A stretch of 64,000 nucleotides of DNA from Octopus sinensis (lineage: Eukaryota): contig NC_043015.1 of NCBI RefSeq assembly GCF_006345805.1, forward strand, positions 6,510,001 through 6,574,000. The letters are read 5' to 3'. The notes beneath the pieces were generated by a model. The model was not told the DNA's origin, made no database searches, and saw only the letters and a list, made by a program, of their open reading frames with translations. Below are positions 54,422-64,000 of the stretch, piece after piece. The translations under genes and the position numbers were made by a program. Within the stretch, counting starts at the first letter, position 1. Every line of letters starts with the position of its first letter.

Positions 54422-55460
54422 ATACGACAAGGTAGCACGAAATCTTCACTGGCTAGAAGCCATGAGTATGGATATAAGGTTATGGGTGCTTGGTTAGAAC
54501 ACACACCGAAAAAGGTAATGGACGAAAAGGGGAAGACAAAATCCTTTGGGACTTTGACTTCCGTACAGACGCTGTATTAGAAAACCGAAGGCCGGATTTA
54601 GTAACCTTTAGGAGAGACAAACATGAGTTCCGAGTTTAGCAGTATAGCAGATAACATATGAGAATTAGCTGTAGCATGAAGAAATGCTACAGCTAATTCT
54701 ACAGCTACTCAGGGGGTACACTTTTAGAGACGTTAATATCAAAAGAGGAATTTTCCAGGACTTTCGTTGTCCCCTTCACTATTTGTCTTATGTTTGATCC
54801 CCCTCAGTTTAGCATTAAGGAAAGCAAAGGAGCGTACCCGTTCAGAAATAGTAGGGGAAAAATTAGCCATTTGCTCTACATGGATGATCTGAACCAAGTA
54901 GATTATGCAAATCAAAGGACGAAAGCGTTATTCGCATAAGTGAATATAGCAAGCTGGCACAGTAAGAAAGACATGACAATATAGGGAGAGTAAACCATTG
55001 AGAGCTATGTAGAGAGCAAGGATTTGAACACAATGATAAACAGTATGAACATGAACCTAGCAAATACTAGAAAGTAAGAAATATAAGATGTTGTGGGACT
55101 TCGACATTCAGACTGGCAGAGTAATAGAAGCTAGAAGACCTGATTTGATAGTAGTAGACAATGACAATCGAAAGTGCCAGATAACTGACTTTACAGACAC
55201 AAATAATGAAAATATTAATATGAAAAGTATAAAAAAAAGTAGCAAAGTACCAGGACCTACCATTTTAATTATAGGGACTATGAAAAGTGTGGGTAAAATG
55301 TATACTAGTAGTTGCAGGTACCTTGTGAACTATCCCTAAAGATCTGAACAGATGGATAGAAGAAATAAGCGTAAATTGCAGGTTAGAACAACTCCTGAAA
55401 ACAGTGTTATTAGGGACAACTAGGAGAAATAGGAGGGTTCTTGTTATCTAAGGTTACTTG
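54422..55460 (+). mobile_element. R4/Dong-like non-LTR retrotransposon (restriction-like endonuclease clade) fragments, rearranged and dead
   Basis: DKVARNLHW...KILWDFDFRTDAVLENRRPDLV (54424-54606); RT DVNIKRGIFQ..SLSPSLFVLCLIPL..KISHLLYMDDL (YMDD 54877-54888); LWDFDIQTGRVIEARRPDLIVVD (55088 onward); RLEQLLKTVLLGT near 55380-55420. Confidence 0.85.
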
Positions 55461-56156
55461 TGGCCCAATGTTAGGATTTATTTCTTTTCCAACAGTGTAA
55501 CCTTATTACGAAGTAGCATTAGCATTACCTTTAATTCGTCTTTTTATATAATTGCAGCCTCAAATAAACCTACATATGTTTCTACTGCATCAGTTAGTAA
55601 CCGTTGCAATTGCAACCGTATTATGATACCAGTTATCCTTTTGAGATTTAAGTGGTGATTGTTTTACATTGACTTTCTTTGCATTCAATGATGTGGAGCT
55701 GTATGTGAATTTAGACACGAACTATCTTCAATTCCAAGTATTGATTTGATAATCACTTGTTTATTCCTTGTAGTCAGTTATTTCAAAAAAGTTCGTTGCT
55801 TAAATCTTTATAACTGATTTATACACATATATAAATGTGTGTATATATGTAGGTATGTGTATGTTTGTATGCATGTATGTATGCATCTGTGACTATGTAT
55901 GTGTGTGTATATGTATGTTTGTATGTATACATATATATTTGTATGCATGAATGAATTATGTGTATACCTGTGTGAAGTATATTTTCTTTTACTTGTTTCT
56001 GTTAGTAGAGTTTTTCCATGCTTGGGTACCGCCTGCAAGAGGTCTTAATGAGACATATCGACCTCAGGACTTACTTTTGAAATATCTTGTATACACACAC
56101 AAACACACAATATACATATGTGTGTTTGTGTGTGTATGTGAGTGTATGTATGTGTT

Positions 56157-56358
56157 ATTTCTTTACTGTCCACAAGGGGCTACACACAGAGGGGACAAAC
56201 AAGGACAAACACACGGATTAAGTCGATTATATCAACCCTAGTGTGTAACTGGTACTTAATTAATCGTCTCCGAAAGAATGACAGGCAAAGTCGACCTCGG
56301 CGGAGTTTGAACTCAGAATGTATGCATTTCGCCCGGCGTGCTAACATTTCTGGCAGCT
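56157..56358 (-). mobile_element. SINE-A
   Basis: Core and tail are close to consensus. Confidence 0.8.
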
Positions 56359-58799
56359 TGAGTGTATGTATGTGTTTGTGTTTGTATGTGTGTGTGCGTG
56401 TATACACTCGACGTGTTTCCACGCAGGATCTGTGCTTCAAGTTCATTAATAAGCCGTCGATCTTCCCGGGCCACAGTTGAAGACACTTGTTCATGACACT
56501 GCGTAGTCGGACTGTGCTTTATGTATATACATGTATGTATGCATACATATATATGTGTGTAGGTGCGTGAGTGAGTGAGAGTGTGTGTGCCTGTGTTTGT
56601 ATGTGTTTGTGTGTGCGCACACGAGTACATGTATTTCTTTTCGTGTGTGCATCTAAATAAACTTATCAAAAGAATTGTAAAAACCACACTTGATTCTCTT
56701 CCTGATGATATTCACGCTTGTTAGTGGTTTACGACTTTCACTTTTTCCCTTCAGTTTATTTTCACTAAACAACTGTTCGCACGTAAAGTATTTGTGGGCA
56801 TTATATTCTTGATGACAAAACGAAGAACCTTATGCCTTGTGCAGTAATTATAATGGTCGACGTAACCTGTCATCGCTACATTATCTGTAGACCAGCAGAG
56901 AATGCAAATAGAAAGCATTGCCAAATCATATTTCTTCTGTTTTCTTTATTATTTTCTAAATTTATAATTCTCCTGAAGTTTATTAAAAAAATTGTATTAT
57001 CCGATAGCTAGATATATACACAAAATACTATACAACAATTAATCTTGCTCCAGAGATCTTCAATTAAAATATGTTTACTTAAAATACCAAGATCGCTCCT
57101 ACTGTAATTTTAATTTTTAAAGAAGTCTTTAATTTTTAAAGAATTCTTTGACAGAATATTTTTTTTTTCCCATGTCATCAGCTAAATTCTAACTCAGAAC
57201 AAAGAAGTCTCCAGTAATTTACTGGAAAAGAATGACAATGGCGTAAATTTTCTTTCTTTTTTTTTTTAATGTTTGCTTGTTTTTATTTCTGCCGTCAGCT
57301 GTGTTGTCAAGACTACATTCAGAATTAGAGGATAGAAATCTCTTACAATCAAAATAAACGCAGAGCGTATGAACAGAACCTACAGTAGAAAATATTAAAC
57401 AAAACAGAAGAAATATTGATTTTACTTGGCTAGGCACCGGATGATTTGTTGAATTCTCATCAAATAATACACACTTGATAGCTCAAACTTGCCAAAACTG
57501 GCAGTGGGAACTCTTTGAAATCTCGCTCTATTATTATTTTAAAGAAAGTATTGGATAAATGCAATCGTCATTGCATTATGTCTGGGGAAAAAATCGAAAT
57601 GGTCACGGTTGGGCTGTCATCAATAGTAGTTTTTTTTTTCTTTCTATATGCTGTTAAATTAAAAGCCTCTGCTTCTCAAAGTTCTCTTCTTACTACCATA
57701 TTTCACATTAATTTTTCCTTGTATCATTGAACATTTAGATTCCTACATTTCACACTAACCAGTTTATCTGATTATCTTCACCTTTATCCTCCCACAATGT
57801 CAACCCAACAAGAATTCACTCCCCGAACGTGTTTTATTTCATCAGATGTCGACATCAGCCGCAACAGCTGCCAATTCTGAAAGACCTTGCGAAGGTCACT
57901 GTCACACTCTTTCCTCCCAATACCGGAAAAAAAAAACCTATGTTGTAAGGATAAGCGAGGTAAGCAATACGTTACAGGGTCACGTATTGCTTCTAATATA
58001 GAATTATCTTTTGAACAGATTATTTGTATATTATAAATATTCTATGTAATATTACAGATACTTATTCTCTACTAACACCACTATTTGGGAAGCACAGTTG
58101 ATCATGCAGTTATTTTCAATGAGGTATTTAGTTTGGAGTTTTCTAACACTCTCTAAATAGTTCAGTATTTGATTATTATTTTTCCTGACGATGTACTTGC
58201 ACCTGCGCCCATATGTCAAGCAAGAAAGTACCTTTATTCTACGTTAGAAACGGTCTGAGTATCGGTAACTAGATAGTCTTGCAAGCTAGAAGATGACCAG
58301 TTGTTCATTTAATACATAGCGAGCTAAAATTCTGCTAATCGTTACTTTGAGTTTATTGAGGCTGCGCAACGGACGATTATTAAAAAAGGAGTATATGATA
58401 AAATATTTAAATACCTTTGAACAAAGTGAGGTCAATAAAATAAGTATCTGTGTAAAATAACTAATCATGTCTAAATGACAGCGTGTTATCTTAATTGCGT
58501 TGTGACAGTATGGCCGAATTCCAATATCGTATTTGCAAATTACTTTATTACAAAATAACTTTATTGACAAAAGAATGGTAAGTGAATATATTCTGTATTA
58601 ATAGTGTCCACTTTGCATTTTGTTATTCTGAGATTCACCTCTGAGACTAATTCGAAGACAGAGTAGCTCGCAGTGTGAATACCGATACAATAGTTGAGAA
58701 AATAATAACGGTGGTTTGTAAGATGGCTAGAAGGAGTGAGGCGAAGTACAATGTTCTAGTTATTAGATCAACGATAATGCCATTTTTAATTATTTATAT

Positions 58800-59410
58800 A
58801 TGTATTTACATTTTTGTCGGTGATTCTATGACCTTGATTTTTGAACTGTTTACAAGTCGCTTGAAGGAGGACAGAAAGTGCTTCTTAATGAGAAGACCTA
58901 CAAGAAATGTTTGCAACAGATGAAACACTACTGGAGGCATACAAAAAGCTGATTTACTTTGTACTGAATGAGAATACAGAAGAATGCAGAAGAGGAAAAG
59001 CTGGAATCAAAATACTAAAGTATCTCGCCCGAAACTCTACTCTGACACTAATCTCTCATCCAAGAATGGTATTTATTTATTGTATCTGAAATTATCACGG
59101 ATAGAAAAGCTCTCTCCAGAATTTCAGTTGGGATTCTACAGAACCCAAGAAAATAATGCAAGGCTGTCTATTCTATATTCAAAGGAGTCCCAATTCACCG
59201 GCTATGAAAATGGACGTTTTCATTCAAATATTTGCAACATCTGCGTTAATCTATTAGGGACTAGTTTAGGCTCTGCAATCACAGACATAGTGTACATCCA
59301 CACACATGCCTTTTGCACGAATTTCAGTCTCAAGATTAGGAGCAAATCTAGACCACAAGCTTTGTCCAGTTATCGAAGCATGCCACGCCAGACCTCTCCT
59401 TTACTGGCGA
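58800..59410 (+). mobile_element. Possible highly decayed Gypsy-type integrase remnant
   Basis: Weak motifs in the expected order across frames: YIFVGDS, LQEMFA, GIK, HP..NG, SYRSMP..TSP. Confidence 0.3.
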
Positions 59411-59609
59411 ACAAAATACAACACTTGTGCACGATCCCATACGAGGAAACGAATGAGAAACAAGTTGTGGCGCATACATATTAATCACACGCATACACGT
59501 TCGAATGTGCGCACAGAATGATGCACATATACGTGTATAATAAATCTCCATCTCTCTCCCTCTGTCTGCCTGTTTGCCTGTCTATACACACACACCACAT
59601 ATATATATA

Positions 59610-59803
59610 GGGGAAGAGTTCATGAAAAAAACAAAAGACGAAGACAGGTGGTGTAGAAAACAAGCAGATGTATTAGTATAACGCTCAGGAATAGTAAAAG
59701 TATTTTGCGTTACGAGCCTACGCTCTGCTACAAAAAGGGAAACAGAAAAGAAAAAAACAAGGAGAGAAAAAAATGTGTGTAGTGGCTACCGATCTATCAT
59801 GTA
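59610..59803 (-). mobile_element. Second copy of the same pLTR-like unit, hammerhead core decayed
   Basis: Aligns by eye end to end with 26422-26612. Stem II GAGCGTAGGCTC is kept, but the core reads TTGTAGC...GTAAC. Flanked by (TA)n on both sides. Confidence 0.6.
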
Positions 59804-60025
59804 ATATATATATATATATATACATATATGTTTATATGTATATATATATATATACATATATATATATACACACACATATTTATATGTATATATATATGTA
59901 TTTATATATGTCTCAATCTATCTTTTATACCTATCTATCTAAATGTATGTGTGTATATATACATACTTACATACAAATACATACATACATACTAATACAT
60001 GCATACATATATATATATATAATAT

Positions 60026-60070
<45 letters not shown>

Positions 60071-60994
60071 GTATATATATGTATGTACTATTCATAAACG
60101 TATTATATATATATGCATGTATGTGTGTGTGTCTATTTGTCAGACACCAAACAGCTTAATACTCTAAAGTAAAGTTAAAATAAGGTAATTTAATAGTAAT
60201 ATACGTGTAAGGAGTTACACTCCAAATACATTAGAAAGCACGATTATTATATTTTATAACCTTTTCTGCGTTGTTCTGTATATATACAAATATTATATAC
60301 ATACTGCACACACATACAGTGAAACATTGATATACACACTTATACACATCTTTGTATGTCTAGATTTATTTCTCAGCAGAGCAATTAGGAAGTCTTTGAA
60401 GTTTTCCGAAGAACATGATGCAGCGGCATTTAAGTGTTATAGCAGTGCCCAACATTGACAAAAGTAGTAACAGACGAGCTAATGAGGTAGCCTTTACTTG
60501 TTGGGTGAAGTGCTAGAAACAGCAGTGAATCCGTCCTGAAATAGCACCCAATATTTAAACATCAAATTAGGGATACGTTAGATATCTAGTCTCGGTTTCG
60601 ATAGAGATGTCAGATCAACGGGCAGCAATTCTTGTAGAATCTACCGATTTTTATGCCCTGATTTCAAATCGTACTTGAATTAAAATATATATATAATGCC
60701 TTAAAATCCGCCCCCACAATCGAGAGAATGGCTAGAAATACTGTGTTTGATATGTATATCCGTATAAATTATCATCGAAGTAAAAAAGGAATCTTACCAT
60801 AATATTAGATAAAGAGAAAGGCAGAAAAAAAAAACCCAAGGAAAGGAAGAAAGAAAAGAAAAGAAGCGGTATGTAGTGTTGTCCTATCTACATTTCTTAA
60901 GGGAAAAACCAAAATGGTATGATCACAGCTGGAAAAAATCTTTGATCATAGATCTGCTCAAATCGAGTTCTTTTGCAATAGGTTTGTAAATAAC

Positions 60995-61747
60995 ATCATC
61001 GCCGTCATCATCATCAGGTCTATCATGTGAATCATCATCATCATCATCGTCATCGTCATCATCATCGTCGTCGTCGTTATCTCATCATCATCATCATCAT
61101 CATCATTAGCAACGGGAGCATTGTGAACAGCAGTAGCACCGTCATCCTCATCATCATCGTCGTCGTCGTCGTCGTCGACATCATCTTCATCATTAACGTC
61201 AACAACAGCAGCAGCATCGTCATCATAGTCAAAATAGTCATCATCATCATCATCATCATCATCATCTGCGGAGGGGATCACGGCTTCTGTTGGGTACTAA
61301 TATGATGAAATTATTATCTGTCGCTGACGCACGCATCCTTCAAATCGGTTCGTTTCCCGGGTGAACCTGACCGAGGGACAGCAATATTTCGACAAATTAT
61401 GGAGTGACAGCAGTAGCAGCAGCGGTATTAGTGGTGCGAGTAGCAGCAGTGGTAGTAATAGTAGTAGTAATAGTAGTAGTAGTAGTATTTGTAGTAGTAA
61501 TAACAGGAGTAGCAGCAGCAGTAGCCGCAGCAGCAGTTGTGTTAGTAGTAGTAGTAGTAGTAGTTGTAGTAGTAGTAGTAGTAGTAGAAACAGCAGACAT
61601 AGTCGCAGCAGCGGTGGTGGTGGTGTGGTGGTGGTGGTGGTAGTGGGTAGTAGTAGTAGTAGTAGAAGAAGTAGAAGAAGAAGTAGTAGTAGTAGTAGTA
61701 GAAGAAGAAGAAGAAGAAGAAGAAGAAGAAGATGAAGTAGTAGTAGC

Positions 61748-61787
<40 letters not shown>

Positions 61788-61830
61788 ACAGCAGCAACAA
61801 CAGCAGCAGCAGCAGTAGAAGCAACAGCAG
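60995..61830. repeat. (CAT/CGT)n and (AGT/AGC/GAA)n mosaics around a ~130-bp unique island
   Basis: Read directly from the sequence. Confidence 0.9.
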
Positions 61831-63568
61831 TAAAATATTTCACACGTTTTTTTTATTCTCATCAGTAGCCGACAGATGTGGACATTGGGTCCACAGAAAG
61901 AGTAGTCGGAATCCGCGCAAAAATGAACAATAAAGAGGTTGCTTTAAATTATGTTTGCAATAATGATTAGAACCATTGCTGTTAATTGAACTATTATTAA
62001 AATTTAATACAAACTAACAATGTTTATTTGAAAGAAAGCCTAATGAGAAAGCTGTACATGGTTGTCATTACACCTGCTAAAAATAGTGCAAATTTATCCT
62101 CGTATGGCTGTGATCAGCATTTAGTCTTTAGAAAATTTGTAGGACATCTTGATTCACAGAAACAGATTCGGGGTTTTGATTGCAGGAATATCTTTAGATT
62201 CAAGTCTCTCGCATCAGAACCAAAAGCACAATTTTGTCCTAAGTCTTGAAGATAGAGAGAATAAAAAAAGGAAGAAAGAGGGAGAGGAGTGGGCTATACG
62301 GTTCATTAATGTGTTTGCGGGTTCCCTGGCTAAATGCAACAACAAAAGCTTTTTATGGTTATGAACATATTCCTTTTTTGCACCCTGAACTGAAACCCCA
62401 TCGCTTTCGGTTTTAGTTTTATATACTTTCGGAAAATCACTTATTTGAAAGTTGCTGACGGCGACACCGTACAAAGTGGTTCAAATGCCCTTAAAATCGT
62501 ACTCTATTGTTTAAAATTCTCAGAAATAAATTAAGACTAAATGATCACATCTGAAACAATATTGATCCTAAATATGTTCTCTCCGACCTGGTGGAGACTT
62601 AACAACAAGACGCCAACATTACCTGTCAAAAATATCATTGTCCTTGGCACCAAGAACAAGGAGCAATACAAATTTCTTTTAGCATCGGATTTTCGACGAC
62701 AGAAATATTGAATACAGCTGAATAGGGCTACAAACAATGCTGAAAACGTGCATTGTTTTTAAGTTTTCGCCAGTTAATTATAATTTGTTTATATTTTTAA
62801 TGTTATTTAATATTTTTTTCCTTGTTACAGGTACAGCGGCCATGCTAGGACACAGCATTGGATTTTGTTTTACTTTTCTCTCTTGCTTTTAATTTATCAT
62901 TTAATTATGCTTTCGAATATATCGCCTCTAGAACGTTTCTTTGATTTGTGCATAAGACCGGATTCATGATAGAATTAAGAGAGCGTCCGACAAAATGCAT
63001 GTTCGAATCACATCGAGTTCGATTTTAACTTCCATATTTCCTAACTTCTGAAAATAAGCAGCCGATGTTTGCATATTCTTTAAATTTAATCGTCTGCATC
63101 TTACATCGAAATGTCTAACTTTGTAACTAATTCAAATTTCAAATTGGTTGGAGTACAGGAGAATCAGACTTGCTGAATCGGCATAGATTTGTACAAGTCG
63201 CTCTCGATATAAACTTACGTTCCACGCAAGAGTTAAAATCAAGGCTATTCTGGTGATAAACAACGTTATCATTAACATCACCAAAAGCAGCAATGCCACA
63301 ATCGGAAATTAACAACAGCTTCCTTTATTAGTAAGTACAAGGAGTGTACTGGGATCTCAAATAATATCCTCTCCCACATCCGATGCACAATTATGGCTGT
63401 GAGCTATGCACGAAATTCAATTATATTAGACACAGCAGTAACAGCAAGGTATCGAATTAGCGGAGGTAGTGTGAATGATGGATAGAATACGCTACGATAT
63501 TCGTACCTAGCCGTTGGTCTCCGAGTTCAAATCTTACCGACGTCAACTAATGTTCGTCATTCTAAAGA

Positions 63569-63602
<34 letters not shown>

Positions 63603-64000
63603 TCCCGTCCATGGCTTTATTCCCTTTATGCGTTGCACTTGTATTCCAAATGTCACGTTCATTACACAAGAAACTGAGTTCAGAATAACTGTGCTTGTAG
63701 ACAACTTAGTTATTTAATCTAAAATTTCATGTGTATGTATCCTGTTCAACGTGCAGTCAAATGCATATCATCAAGATTGCCGGAAAATCCACCAGTTGAG
63801 CATTTTTGTTACCGTGTTTTCCCCAAGGCAGTCCTGGTTGAGTAAATTTACTAACAACAGGCCTTACATCAGTGCTATTCTGTTATATTTTTTCTGACTG
63901 AAACTATATAGCCCTTCCTTAATTAATGAATGAATCCTTTCTTTATATTGTAATATATTAAATTAAATAGGAAATTATATTAAGAGAGTAACTGGAGGGA

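Noticed and set aside
61270-61410. GC-rich unique island between triplet repeats (TGACGCA CRE-like word)
   Set aside because: No splice-site pair or homology; a single short motif is not evidence of a promoter.

Overview
AT-rich eukaryotic DNA dominated by microsatellites and short retroposons. The repeat types resemble those I recall from Octopus/cephalopod genomes; this is an inference, and no database search was run. The only host coding sequence I can support is the first coding exon of a neuroligin (minus strand, 17065-17515). Its next exon is not visible in the 17 kb downstream, so 1-17064 is probably one large intron and most of 17516-64000 is 5' UTR, 5' intron or upstream DNA. The rest comprises three tRNA-headed SINE families (several nested, with clear target-site duplications), a dead DD37D (maT) Tc1/mariner transposase, scrambled R4/Dong-type LINE fragments next to a (TAA)n tract, and a possible decayed Gypsy integrase. 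The most interesting signal is a set of ~200-bp Penelope-like terminal-repeat units carrying minimal type I hammerhead-ribozyme motifs. One copy (26511-26546, minus) has an intact core. Another (29411-29835) is joined to a tRNA-like Pol III head in an inverted arrangement. No CRISPR arrays, rRNA, true tRNA genes or prokaryote-style systems were seen. Most ORF-track entries are translations of simple repeats. Repeat boundaries are by eye and approximate unless a TSD is given.
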